A stretch of DNA of 64,000 bases from an uncultured Gemmatimonadales bacterium (GCA_963783305.1 CAWAMW010000015.1:352001-416000), one strand, 5' to 3'; counted from the first letter of the stretch, positions 26,085 to 35,885 are shown. A program made the numbers and translations. The notes: a model not told the origin generated them from the sequence alone.

Positions 26085-28988
26085 ATGCGGGAGCAGGTCA
26101 GGAACGTGCTCTTCGTGTCCAGCTTCTACGAGTCGTTCATCATGGCCGAGGACGGACAGCTGAATGAGCTGCTCCTCACGAAGTTTCTCGACGTCAATCT
26201 CAGCCAGGCGCCGCGCCTCACCCACGTCTCCACGGGCGCGGAGGCGCTGGAGCTGGTCAGTGAACCCGACCGCTTCGACCTGATCCTGTCCGCGCTGGAC
26301 GTGGGCGACATGGACGCCGTGGAGCTGACGGACCGGCTCCGCGAGCGGGGCGTGGACCTCCCGGTCGTGCTCCTGGGCTACGACCACCGCGTGCTCAAGG
26401 AGTTCCTCGCTCGCCGCGCCCCGCTGCCCATCGATCGCAGCTTCCTGTGGCAGGGCGATGTGCGGATCCTCCTCGCCATCGTCAAGTACATCGAGGACAA
26501 GCGGAACGTGGAGCACGACGTGCGCGTGGGCGTGCCCGTGCTCCTCGTGGTGGAGGACAACGTCCGCTACTACTCCTCCTTCCTGCCGGTCATCTACACG
26601 GAGGTGATGAAGCACTCCCAGCAGGTCATCTCCGAGGGGCTGAACCTGTCGCAGAAGCTGCTTCGGATGCGGGCCCGGCCGAAGATCCTGCTGGCCAGCT
26701 CCTACGAGGAGGCGTGGGAGTACTTCGACCGCTATCGCGATGATGTGCTGGGCGTCTTCAGCGACATCGAGTTCCCGCGCGAGGGGCGGCTCGACCCGGA
26801 CGCCGGCATGGCGCTGGCCGGCCGGATCCGGCAGGCGCGCCCGGATGTCCCCATCGCGCTCCAGTCCAGCTACCCGGAGAACGAGGGGGAGGCGCGGGAG
26901 ATCGGCGCGAGCTTCCTGCTGAAGGGCTCCACCGACATGCTGACGCGGCTGCGGGAGCTGCTGGTGGATGAGTTCTTCTTCGGCGACTTCGTATTCCGGC
27001 TCCCGAGCGGACAGGAGCTGGCGCGAGCGCGGAACCTGAAGGAGCTGGTGGAACGCCTCCGCACCGTTCCGGCGGAGAGCATCGCCTACCACGGTCAGCG
27101 CAACGATTTCTCGAGCTGGCTGCGGGCCCGGGCGGAGTTCGAGCCGGCGAGCAAGGTGCGCCGTCGCAAGCTGTCGGATTTCGAGTCCCTCGAGCACGTC
27201 CGGCGCGACCTGATCCGCTCCATCGACGAGTTCCGTCGGGAGCGGAACCGCGGCACCGTGGCCGATTTCGATCGGTCGACCTTCGACCCCACCATGGGCA
27301 TCGCGCGGATCGGCGGCGGGTCCCTGGGCGGGAAGGCCCGCGGCCTCGCCTTCGGGATCCGGCTGCTCGATCGGTCCCGGATCAGCGAGCGCTTCGAAGA
27401 CATCCGGATCACCGTCCCACCGGCGGTGGTGCTGGGCACGGAGGTCTTCGAGCAGTTCCTGGAAGAGAACGCGTTGCGGGACGTCTCGCTCCGGTCCACC
27501 AACGACAACGAGCTGCTCCGGCAGTTCCGGAACTCGGCCTTCCCGGCGGGCCCCCAGGATCAGCTGCGGGATTTCCTCGACGTCATGCGGGTACCGCTGG
27601 CGGTCCGCTCTTCCAGCCTGCTGGAGGACTCCCCGCACCAGCCGTTCGCGGGCATATTCGAGACGCGGATGCTGTCCAACGATCACCCCGACGCCGACAT
27701 CCGCCTCGCCCACCTGCTCGATGCCATCAAGCAGGTCTATGCCTCCACCTTCTCGCAGCACACCAAAGCCTTCCTGCGCGCCACGCCCTATCGCCTCGAA
27801 GAAGAGCAGATGGCGGTGGTGATCCAGAAGATGGTGGGCTCACGTCACGACCAGTACTTCTACCCCGACTTCGCCGGCGTGGCCCGCTCGTTCAACTACT
27901 ACCCCACGCCGCCACTGCGCTCGGAAGAGGGGATCGTGGCGGTGGCGCTCGGCCTCGGCCGGACCGTGGTGGACGGGGAGCCGTGCCTCCGCTTCTCCCC
28001 CGCCCATCCCCGGCACATCGTGGAGTTCTCCTCGGTGGAGGACATGCTCAAGAACGCGCAGCGGGGGTTCTGGGCGCTCCAGATGCGGTCCGGGGGCGAG
28101 AGCACCACACTCCGCGACGGCCTCACTCGCCTCACGCTGGATGACGCGGAGACCCACGGGGTGCTGGGGCCGCTGGCCTCCAGCTACTCGCCCCAGAACA
28201 ACGCCGTGTATGACGGGATCGGGAGGGCCGGCATCCGACTGGTCACCTTCGCGCCGATCCTGAAGAACGAGGTGTTCCCGCTGGCCGAGATCGTGGGGGA
28301 GCTGCTGGAGATGGGCGCCGGCGGCACCAGCTCACCGGTGGAGATCGAGTTCGCGGTGAACCTGTCGCCGCCCCCCGGCGAGCCCCGGGAGTTCGGCTTC
28401 CTCCAGCTCCGCCCGCTGGCCCCCAGCCGGGAGCCGGACGACCTGGAGATCGGCGTGGTGACTCGGGACGACCTGATCTGCGAGAGCCCGTGGGTGCTGG
28501 GGAACGGACGGCTGGAGAACGTCCGGGACATGGTGGTGGTGGACCCCGACCAGTTCGAGCGCTCCGCCAGCCGGAAGACGGCCCGGGGAGTGGCCGTCCT
28601 GAACAGCCGGCTCGTGGCCGAGGGCGCGCCCTACATCCTGGTGGGCGTGGGCCGCTGGGGGTCGAGCCACCCGGAGCTCGGGATCCCGGTGAGCTGGGAC
28701 GACATCTCGGGGGCGGTGGCCATCGTCGAGGCGGGGCTGCGCGACATCCGCGTCACGCCCTCCCAGGGCACCCATTTCTTCCAGAACCTGGCCTCGGCCA
28801 ACGTGGGCTACTTCACGGTGAACGAGGACCGCGGCGAGGGGTTCGTGCAGTGGGACTGGCTGAAGGCGCAGCCACACGTGAAGGTCAACGGTTGTGTCCT
28901 GCACGTCCACTTCGACGACCCCCTGGAGGTAGTGATGATGGGGCAGGAGCACCGGGGGATCATCCGGAAGCCCGCACCCACGGACTGA
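26085..28988 (+). CDS. PPDK/PEP-synthase ATP-grasp domain protein with REC-like domains (possible CTG start at 26022)
   Basis: GGKARGL, AVRSSSLLED..PFAG; REC-like LLVVED...FSD; C-terminal SQGTHFFQNL. Confidence 0.85.
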   Translation: MREQVRNVLFVSSFYESFIMAEDGQLNELLLTKFLDVNLSQAPRLTHVSTGAEALELVSEPDRFDLILSALDVGDMDAVELTDRLRERGVDLPVVLLGYDHRVLKEFLARRAPLPIDRSFLWQGDVRILLAIVKYIEDKRNVEHDVRVGVPVLLVVEDNVRYYSSFLPVIYTEVMKHSQQVISEGLNLSQKLLRMRARPKILLASSYEEAWEYFDRYRDDVLGVFSDIEFPREGRLDPDAGMALAGRIRQARPDVPIALQSSYPENEGEAREIGASFLLKGSTDMLTRLRELLVDEFFFGDFVFRLPSGQELARARNLKELVERLRTVPAESIAYHGQRNDFSSWLRARAEFEPASKVRRRKLSDFESLEHVRRDLIRSIDEFRRERNRGTVADFDRSTFDPTMGIARIGGGSLGGKARGLAFGIRLLDRSRISERFEDIRITVPPAVVLGTEVFEQFLEENALRDVSLRSTNDNELLRQFRNSAFPAGPQDQLRDFLDVMRVPLAVRSSSLLEDSPHQPFAGIFETRMLSNDHPDADIRLAHLLDAIKQVYASTFSQHTKAFLRATPYRLEEEQMAVVIQKMVGSRHDQYFYPDFAGVARSFNYYPTPPLRSEEGIVAVALGLGRTVVDGEPCLRFSPAHPRHIVEFSSVEDMLKNAQRGFWALQMRSGGESTTLRDGLTRLTLDDAETHGVLGPLASSYSPQNNAVYDGIGRAGIRLVTFAPILKNEVFPLAEIVGELLEMGAGGTSSPVEIEFAVNLSPPPGEPREFGFLQLRPLAPSREPDDLEIGVVTRDDLICESPWVLGNGRLENVRDMVVVDPDQFERSASRKTARGVAVLNSRLVAEGAPYILVGVGRWGSSHPELGIPVSWDDISGAVAIVEAGLRDIRVTPSQGTHFFQNLASANVGYFTVNEDRGEGFVQWDWLKAQPHVKVNGCVLHVHFDDPLEVVMMGQEHRGIIRKPAPTD

Positions 28989-28992
28989 CGGG

Positions 28993-29526
28993 TCAGTCCT
29001 TCAGACCGCCCAGCCGCAGCCGCTCCTGGTCCGCGCCGAGACGCGCCGCCCAGTCCGGCAACTCGGGCGACTTCGGCAAGCCCGCCAGATCGCCCACCTC
29101 CGCCGGCGTCACGGAGCCGCCCGATGCGCGGAGGAACCGCCCCACCACGAGCGCACTCGCCACCTCCTCCTCGTTCCGGATGAAGCGCTGGTCGATGTAG
29201 AACGATCGCGCGTCCCAGCCCAGGACGCGGGTCTCGACCTCGAACCGCTGGAAGAGCGTGAGCGCCCGGCGGAACCCGATGCTCTCGCCGGTGACCACGG
29301 GAAACCAGCGGCGCCGCTTCATCTCCTGAACCAGGCCCGCCCGCGCCAGCAGGTCCATCCGCGCCACGTCCAGGAAGGACAGGTACACGCCGTTGTTCAC
29401 GTGACGAAGGAGGTCGAGGTCCGTGGGCAGGACCCGGAACGGCGTCCGGATGGGCCCGAGGAGTCCGCCGCGGGGCCGGAACCGGCCGAAGAGGCGGAGC
29501 CAGAGCAGTCGCATATATAGGTTCAT
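28993..29526 (-). CDS. Acyl-CoA thioesterase (4HBT/hotdog family)
   Basis: DLD..RHVNNGVY, D.AR, LGWD. Confidence 0.88.
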   Translation of the reverse strand: MNLYMRLLWLRLFGRFRPRGGLLGPIRTPFRVLPTDLDLLRHVNNGVYLSFLDVARMDLLARAGLVQEMKRRRWFPVVTGESIGFRRALTLFQRFEVETRVLGWDARSFYIDQRFIRNEEEVASALVVGRFLRASGGSVTPAEVGDLAGLPKSPELPDWAARLGADQERLRLGGLKD

Positions 29527-29642
29527 GGTGCTGAAGATAGGAGCGGGGCCGGACGTTCGCGACGGACCTTTTCGGCGGGTCGTGTTTATGGAGGTCCGAC
29601 CGGGAGTACCAGCACGATACCGACTCAAATCACAAGGAGAAT

Positions 29643-29828
29643 ATGGGACTCACTACACTGACCGAGCGGGAGAAGCACTGGAACCGGGTGGCGAAGGGCG
29701 CCATCGACAGGAATGAGACCTGGGAGTCGTGCGGGGACTGCCTGCGCTACCACCCCGAGGGCTACGACGGGTCGTGTGACGACATCGACAAGCGTCTGCC
29801 CGGCATGCCGTCCGAGTTCAACGCGTAG
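29643..29828 (+). CDS. 61-aa small protein with CxxCxxxH-x7-C motif
   Basis: Strong AAGGAGA RBS, high-GC3 codons and a downstream hairpin. Confidence 0.7.
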   Translation: MGLTTLTEREKHWNRVAKGAIDRNETWESCGDCLRYHPEGYDGSCDDIDKRLPGMPSEFNA

Positions 29829-29849
29829 AGCCGGCACGCCACAGGCACG

Positions 29850-29882
29850 ACGGGCCGCTCCCACTCCGGGGGCGGCCCGTTT
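29850..29882 (+). terminator. Probable intrinsic terminator
   Basis: ACGGGCCGC...GCGGCCCGT followed by a short T run. Confidence 0.55.
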
Positions 29883-29957
29883 GTCATCCACGGGGTTGAT
29901 CCCTGACGCGGCCGCGGTTAGGGTGCCACCTCACCGACCTCAGAACCGAAGAACAGA

Positions 29958-31325
29958 ATGAAGCGCATCCTCGTGGTGGGCGCGGGGCAGAGCTCTCCGT
30001 ACCTGATCCGCTGGCTGCTGGACCGGGCGGAATCCCGCCGCTGGCACGTGACCGTCGCGGACGCCGATGAGGCCGCCGCCCGGGCGCGCGTGGAGGACCA
30101 CCACCCCCACGCCACCGCCATCCGGCTGGACGTGACCGACCCGCAGGAGCTGGCGACCCGGTTCGCCGCCGCCGACGTGGTGGTCAACCTGCTCCCGCCG
30201 CAATTCGAGCTTACGGTGGCCTGGAGCTGTGTCCAGCACCGTACACCGATGCTCACGGCCTCCTACCTCGATCCGAAGGTGGCCGCGCTGCACGAGGACG
30301 CGCGGGAGCGAGGGGTGCTGCTGCTGGCGGAGCTCGGCCTCGACCCGGGCATCGACCTCATGTCCACCATGGAGCTCCTGAACACGATCCGGGACGACGG
30401 CGGGCGCGTGGTCTCCTACGAGTCGTACGGCTCCGGCGTGCCCGATCCCGCCAGCGTGGACAACCCGTTCAGCTACGCCATCACCTGGAACCCGCGGAAC
30501 GTGGTGATGGCGGGGCAGGAGGGCGCGCTCTTCCGCCGCGACGGTCGGCTGCGCGCCGCTCCCCCCTCCCGTCTGTTCCGGACCACCTGGTCCGTGGACG
30601 TGCCGGGGATCGGCGTCATGGAGGCATATCCGAATCGCGACTCCCTCCGCTACATCGATCCGTTCGACCTCCAGGACTGCCCCACCGTCATCCGCGGCAC
30701 GCTCCGGTTCAACGGTTGGTGCGAGACGTGGCACCAGGTCGTGCGGCTCGGGCTCCCGCTCGAGACGCTCCGGGTGCCCGGGCTGGACGCGCTGTCGTGG
30801 CGCGAGCTCGTGGCGGCGTTCCTCCCGGAGACCGACCCCGCCAGCGATGATGGCGCGACGGTCCGCGTCGCCACCGCCCGCTTCCTCGGGCTGGATCCCG
30901 ATGATGTCGTGATGGATCGGCTGGAGTGGCTCGGGCTCTTCGGCGACTCCCCTATCGGAGGGGGCGCGGGCACGCCGGCCGAAGCGCTCATCCGGCTCCT
31001 GCGGGACCGGCTCCGGCTCGCGTCCACCGGCCGCGACCTCGTCATCCTCCTCCACAGGCTCGCGTACGAGCGCCCGGACGGCACCCACGGTGTCGTGACC
31101 TCCACACTGAAGGAGTGGGGAGAGCCGGGCGGCACGACCGCCATGGCCCGTACGGTGGGGCTGCCACTGGCGCTGGCCGTGGAACGGATCCTGTCGGCGG
31201 AGCTGTCCCTCGCGGGGGTCCATACGCCGACGCACCCTCTGGTCTACCGGCCTCTCCTCGATGCCCTCGCCGAAAACGGCGTCCGCTTCGACGAGGTGTG
31301 GACCGACCGCGACCGATCGGAATGA
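29958..31325 (+). CDS. Saccharopine dehydrogenase (Lys9/AASS-SDH type)
   Basis: GAGQS, ELGLDPGID, ITWNPRNV, EAYPNRDS, RGTLR, TAMARTVG. Confidence 0.9.
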   Translation: MKRILVVGAGQSSPYLIRWLLDRAESRRWHVTVADADEAAARARVEDHHPHATAIRLDVTDPQELATRFAAADVVVNLLPPQFELTVAWSCVQHRTPMLTASYLDPKVAALHEDARERGVLLLAELGLDPGIDLMSTMELLNTIRDDGGRVVSYESYGSGVPDPASVDNPFSYAITWNPRNVVMAGQEGALFRRDGRLRAAPPSRLFRTTWSVDVPGIGVMEAYPNRDSLRYIDPFDLQDCPTVIRGTLRFNGWCETWHQVVRLGLPLETLRVPGLDALSWRELVAAFLPETDPASDDGATVRVATARFLGLDPDDVVMDRLEWLGLFGDSPIGGGAGTPAEALIRLLRDRLRLASTGRDLVILLHRLAYERPDGTHGVVTSTLKEWGEPGGTTAMARTVGLPLALAVERILSAELSLAGVHTPTHPLVYRPLLDALAENGVRFDEVWTDRDRSE

Positions 31326-31338
31326 ACGTGGAGCCCAC

Positions 31339-32475
31339 ATGCTGAAGACCGGGATCCCGGCGACATCCAGGAAGGAGAATGAGAAACGGGTCCCCATCCA
31401 CCCCGCGCACCTCGAGCGGATCCCCGCCGAGCTGCGCTCCAGGATCACCCTGGAATCGGGCTACGGCCTGCCCTTCGGCATGGACGACCATGGGATCCGT
31501 GCGCTGGGCTTCGGCACCGCTCCCCGGCCGGTGGTCCTTGCCGACAGCGAGCTGGTGATCCTGCCGAAGCCGCTGCGCTCGGACCTGCTCGAGATGTCCG
31601 AGGGCGCCACGCTCTGGGGCTGGCCCCACGCCGTCCAGCAGCAGGACATGGCGCAGGCCGCCATCGACCGCCGGCTCACGCTCATCGCCTTCGAGTCCAT
31701 GTTCCACTGGGGCGGGGACGGCCGGCGCGGTGTCCACATCCTGTACAAGAACAACGAGCTCGCCGGCTACTGCGGCATCCTGGACGCGCTACGGGTCACC
31801 GGCCGCGACGGCGATTACGGCCCGCAGCGGAGCGTCGTGATCCTGAGCTTCGGCTCCGTGAGTCGGGGCGCGGCCCACGCCCTCCTGGGCCGCGGATTCA
31901 GCGACATCACCGCCCTTACGCTCCGGCCGCCCCACCTGGTGGCCGACCAGCGGTTCGGCGTACGGTTCGGCCAGATCCGACGCGGCGATAAGGGCAGCGG
32001 GATGGTCGCCACGACGCCCGAGGGGGCGGAGCGACCGCTGATGGACGTACTCGCGGAGGCGGACGTGGTCGTCAACGGCACGCTCCAGGACCCGGAGCAC
32101 CCGCTCATGTTCGTGCGGGAGAACGAGGTGGAGCGTCTGAAGCCGCGGTCGCTGATCGTGGATGTCAGCTGCGACCGCGGGATGGGATTCCCGTTCGCAC
32201 GCCCCACGTCGTTCGCCGACCCCATGTTCACGGTGGGCGAGGACGTCCAGTACTACGCCGTGGACCACACGCCCAGCTACCTCTGGGAGGCCGCATCGTG
32301 GGAGATCTCGGGCGCGCTGCTCCCGTACCTGCTGGAGGTCGTGCGCGGGCCGGACGCATGGGCGGAGAACGAGACGCTGCGCCGGGCGGTGGAGGTGCGG
32401 CGTGGCGTGGTGGAGAACCCGGTGATCTTGTCGTTCCAGGACCGCGAAGATGAGTACCCGCACCGGCCGCGGTAG
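31339..32475 (+). CDS. N5-(carboxyethyl)ornithine synthase-like protein (AlaDH/PNT family)
   Basis: SRKENEKR.PIHP, WGWPH, NNELAGYC, DVSCD, YAVDHTPS. Confidence 0.85.
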   Translation: MLKTGIPATSRKENEKRVPIHPAHLERIPAELRSRITLESGYGLPFGMDDHGIRALGFGTAPRPVVLADSELVILPKPLRSDLLEMSEGATLWGWPHAVQQQDMAQAAIDRRLTLIAFESMFHWGGDGRRGVHILYKNNELAGYCGILDALRVTGRDGDYGPQRSVVILSFGSVSRGAAHALLGRGFSDITALTLRPPHLVADQRFGVRFGQIRRGDKGSGMVATTPEGAERPLMDVLAEADVVVNGTLQDPEHPLMFVRENEVERLKPRSLIVDVSCDRGMGFPFARPTSFADPMFTVGEDVQYYAVDHTPSYLWEAASWEISGALLPYLLEVVRGPDAWAENETLRRAVEVRRGVVENPVILSFQDREDEYPHRPR

Positions 32476-32500
32476 GGCCTCAACCACAGGAGCGTTCCGG

Positions 32501-33940
32501 ATGGTCTCAGACGACAGCCAGGAGCTCCGCCGCTCCGGCGCACGGTTGCTGGAGCGCATGGGCGAGTACCTGGACACCGTGGAGGAGCGGCCGGTCTCCA
32601 CGCCCCGGAGCGCCGCCGCGGTGGCCGACCTCTTCCAGGACCCGCTCCCGCGCGAAGGCCGGCCCGCCGACGAGGTATGGAACGACGTGTGGGACCGGGT
32701 CGTCCCGGACGCGATTCACCTGGCCCACCCGATGTACATGGGCCACCAGGTCGCTCCGCCCCTGCCCCACGCCGTGCTCGCCGACGCCCTGGCCAGCGTC
32801 CTCAACCAGTCGCTGGCCGTCTGGGAGATGTCGCCCACAGGCACGCCCGTGGAGCAGCAGGTAATGGCGTGGATGAAGGAGCTGGCCGGCTACCCCGTCG
32901 ACGCCGATGGCACCCTCGTTTCCGGCGGGAGCGTCGCCAACCTCACGGGGATGCTGGCCGCGCGGGAGGCGGTGTTCCCCGGCGCGTGGGATGAGGGCGT
33001 GCCCCCGGCCCGGCTGGGTCGCGCAGCCGTCTTCGCCGCCGAATCCGCGCACTACTCGGTGGAGCGGACGCTCGGCGTGCTCGGCCTCGGAGCCCGCGCC
33101 CTCGTCCGCGTCCCCGAGCGAGAGTTCCGGATGGACGTGGCCGCGCTGGCCAGTGCCGTGCGCGACGCCCGCCGCGACGGCCGCATCCCCATGGCCATCG
33201 TGGCCACCGCCGGAAGCACCGCCACCGGCCTCTTCGACGACCTCGCGGGTATCGCCGACGTGGCGGGGACGGAGGACGTATGGCTGCACGTGGATGGCGC
33301 CCACGGCGCGTCGTTCCTGGCGAGCGAACGGCTCCGCCACCGCCTGCGTGGGCTCGACCGCGCCGACTCCATCGCGTGGGACCCGCACAAAATGATGCTC
33401 ATGCCTATATCGGCCAGCGCCATCCTGGTCCGCGACCGGCGCCACCTGGATGCGGCGTTCCAGCAGAGCGCGCCCTACCTCTTCCACCCGCGCCCGGGCG
33501 AGTCGCGCTCCCGGGACATCGGAAAACGCACCCTCCAGTGCTCCAAGCGGTTCGACGCCCTCAAGCTGTGGGTCGCCTTCCAGCACTACGGCCTCGATCA
33601 TTTCGGACGGCTGCAGGAGCGGACCGTCGACAACGCGCTGGCGCTCCACCGCCTGCTCCAGGATGCCGACGACTTCGAGCCCGTCCACCAGCCCGAGTCC
33701 AACATTCTCTGCTTCCGCTGGCTCCCCGCCGACGTCGGCGATCGCGCCCCGCAGAAGGTGGATGCGCTCCAGACCGCGCTCCGCGAGCGTTACAACGCCT
33801 CCGGCCGCGGCTGGATCACCACTGCCCTGCTCGGCGGACGCCGCGTGCTGCGCGTCACGCTCATGAACCCCCGCACCGGCCACGAGCACCTGGAGGCGCT
33901 GCTCGACGGGCTCCGGGAAGAGGGGGCCGGCCGGGCGTAG
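32501..33940 (+). CDS. Group II PLP-dependent decarboxylase (Ddc/GadB-like)
   Basis: YMGHQV, SGGS.ANL, AHYSV, HVDGAHG, DPHK (PLP lysine). Confidence 0.92.
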   Translation: MVSDDSQELRRSGARLLERMGEYLDTVEERPVSTPRSAAAVADLFQDPLPREGRPADEVWNDVWDRVVPDAIHLAHPMYMGHQVAPPLPHAVLADALASVLNQSLAVWEMSPTGTPVEQQVMAWMKELAGYPVDADGTLVSGGSVANLTGMLAAREAVFPGAWDEGVPPARLGRAAVFAAESAHYSVERTLGVLGLGARALVRVPEREFRMDVAALASAVRDARRDGRIPMAIVATAGSTATGLFDDLAGIADVAGTEDVWLHVDGAHGASFLASERLRHRLRGLDRADSIAWDPHKMMLMPISASAILVRDRRHLDAAFQQSAPYLFHPRPGESRSRDIGKRTLQCSKRFDALKLWVAFQHYGLDHFGRLQERTVDNALALHRLLQDADDFEPVHQPESNILCFRWLPADVGDRAPQKVDALQTALRERYNASGRGWITTALLGGRRVLRVTLMNPRTGHEHLEALLDGLREEGAGRA

Positions 33941-33961
33941 CCCCTTACGGCTCCACCGCTG

Positions 33962-34104
33962 CGGACCAGGTTCCATATTCCACTTTCGACCTGATCCGCT
34001 ATCTCCCGGGCCGGTTCCCACATGGTCGGCGTTGCCCCCCCACGCGGGCCGCCACGATCCAGGTCACCTCACGCCCATGGATGTGGAATATGGAACCTGG
34101 TCCG
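33962..34104. repeat. 143-bp element with perfect 22-bp terminal inverted repeats (MITE/REP-like)
   Basis: cggaccaggttccatattccac (33962-33983) and gtggaatatggaacctggtccg (34083-34104). Confidence 0.85.
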
Positions 34105-34115
34105 GTGAGCCTCGC

Positions 34116-34934
34116 TCAGCCGAGCGCCACGTCCAGCAGCATCATGAGGGCGAAGCCGACGATGGTGCTCGACGTGGCGAGGTCGGTGCGCCCCTCCTGC
34201 TGGGCCTCGGGGATGAGCTCCTCGACCACGACGTAGATCATGGCGCCGGCGGCGAAGGCGAGGGCATAGGGGAGGATGGGTCGAATCAGGAAGACAGCCG
34301 CAGCGCCGAGAGCGGCGGCCACGGGCTCGACCACCGCGGAGAGCTGACCGTACCAGAAGCTCTTGCCGCGCCCCAGTCCGCTCTGGCGGAGCGGCATGGA
34401 GACGGCTGCGCCCTCCGGAAAATTCTGCAGCCCGATCCCCATGGCCAGGACGACGGCCCCGGCCATGGTGGCCCCTCCGTCTCCCGCGCCGGCGTGGACC
34501 GCGCCGAACGCCACGCCCACGGCCAGACCTTCCGGGATGTTGTGCAGCGTGATGGCGAGGACGAGCAGGGTCGCGCGCTCCCATTTCGTGGGGATCCCCT
34601 CGGCCTGGCTGATGGGCAGGAAGGGGTGGAGGTGGGGGAGGACGGCGTCGGATGCTCGCAGGAAGATGGCGCCGGCGAGGAACCCCGTGGTGAGGGGAAT
34701 CCAGGCGGGAGTCCCCATGATCTCGGCCATCTCGGCGGCGGGGAGCAGGAGCGAGAAGAAGCTGGCTGCGATCATGACGCCGGCCGCGAAGCCGAGCATG
34801 GAGTCGAGCACCCGTCGCGGGAACTCGCGGTACAGCAATACCACGGCGGCCCCGGCGGCGGTGAGCGACCAGGTGAATATCCCCGCCAGGAGTGCCTGGA
34901 GGATGGGGTCGGCGTGCATGAACCATTCGCGCAT
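34116..34934 (-). CDS. zupT: ZIP family metal transporter
   Basis: LHNIPEGLAVG, QNFPEG, VVEELIPE. Confidence 0.92.
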   Translation of the reverse strand: MREWFMHADPILQALLAGIFTWSLTAAGAAVVLLYREFPRRVLDSMLGFAAGVMIAASFFSLLLPAAEMAEIMGTPAWIPLTTGFLAGAIFLRASDAVLPHLHPFLPISQAEGIPTKWERATLLVLAITLHNIPEGLAVGVAFGAVHAGAGDGGATMAGAVVLAMGIGLQNFPEGAAVSMPLRQSGLGRGKSFWYGQLSAVVEPVAAALGAAAVFLIRPILPYALAFAAGAMIYVVVEELIPEAQQEGRTDLATSSTIVGFALMMLLDVALG

Positions 34935-35050
34935 GCCGGAAGCTACGAGGTGCGGCGTGCGCTGAAAATGCCGGCACCGGGCGCTGAGTCGTTCGGAACG
35001 CTCCTTGCCCCCAGGTCGAAACACGACACCCTTCGACCAAGGCGACTATC

Positions 35051-35248
35051 GTGAACCGCTTCGCTTCGACCCTGCTCGTCCTGCTCCTCACGCTCACCGC
35101 CGGCGGCTGCGATCTGGTGGGCGACGTCCTGGAGTTCGGGTTCTGGCTCATCGTCATCCTCATCGCGATCATCGTGCTCCTCGGCTGGGGCATCGCGCGC
35201 ATGCTCCGAGGACGCGATCGAGGGCCCCGGGACGAACACACGCCCTGA
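35051..35248 (+). CDS. Small lipoprotein with one TM helix
   Basis: AGGC lipobox followed by a hydrophobic helix. Confidence 0.7.
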   Translation: MNRFASTLLVLLLTLTAGGCDLVGDVLEFGFWLIVILIAIIVLLGWGIARMLRGRDRGPRDEHTP

Positions 35249-35586
35249 CCTTCCTCGCACTGCTGCCGGCGGCGCTGAGCACGCTGGTGCTCGCCGCCCA
35301 CTTTCTGCGGGTGGGGGCGCTGGCACCCGTGACTCTGCTCATCGTCCTGCTCCCGCTGCTCGCGCTCCGCCAGTGGTGGGTGCCGCGCCTCTTCCAGCTG
35401 GTTCTCGTGCTCGGCGGGCTGGAGTGGCTGAGGACGCTGGTCGTGCTGCGGGCCCTCCGTGCGGCGCGTGGCGAGCCCTCGCTGCGCATGGTGGCCATCC
35501 TGGCCGGCGTGGCCGCGTTCACCCTCCTGTCCGCAGCCATCTTCGAGACGCCGCGCCTCCGACGACGGTTCCGCCGCGTTTCCTGA
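35245..35586 (+). CDS. Small hypothetical membrane protein (probable CTG start)
   Basis: LAAHFLR...EWLRT...GEP..R..ILAGVA.FT; CTGA overlap with the upstream stop. Confidence 0.7.
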   Translation: MTFLALLPAALSTLVLAAHFLRVGALAPVTLLIVLLPLLALRQWWVPRLFQLVLVLGGLEWLRTLVVLRALRAARGEPSLRMVAILAGVAAFTLLSAAIFETPRLRRRFRRVS

Positions 35587-35885
35587 CTCCCAGACCAACC
35601 GCCCGCCGTACCGCCCTGCGCACCACCCTCCGTACCGCGCTCCGTGCCGCGCCGCGGGCGTTGAGCCGATTCGCCGGCGGACCACTCCCACCGTACCGTA
35701 CGTTCAGAGCGCCACGTACCTGCGATCCCCGACACGTCGGCCGGGGTCAATCGTCGGGGATGTCCCTTTTCCGGGACCACAGGTTTCCCGACTGCGGGAT
35801 AGAGCCCCACATGCCACTATAGGACCCGGACCTGGACGCGGGCCTGGACGCGGGCCGGGCCACGGGCGCCAGCGCTGGAGGAGCA

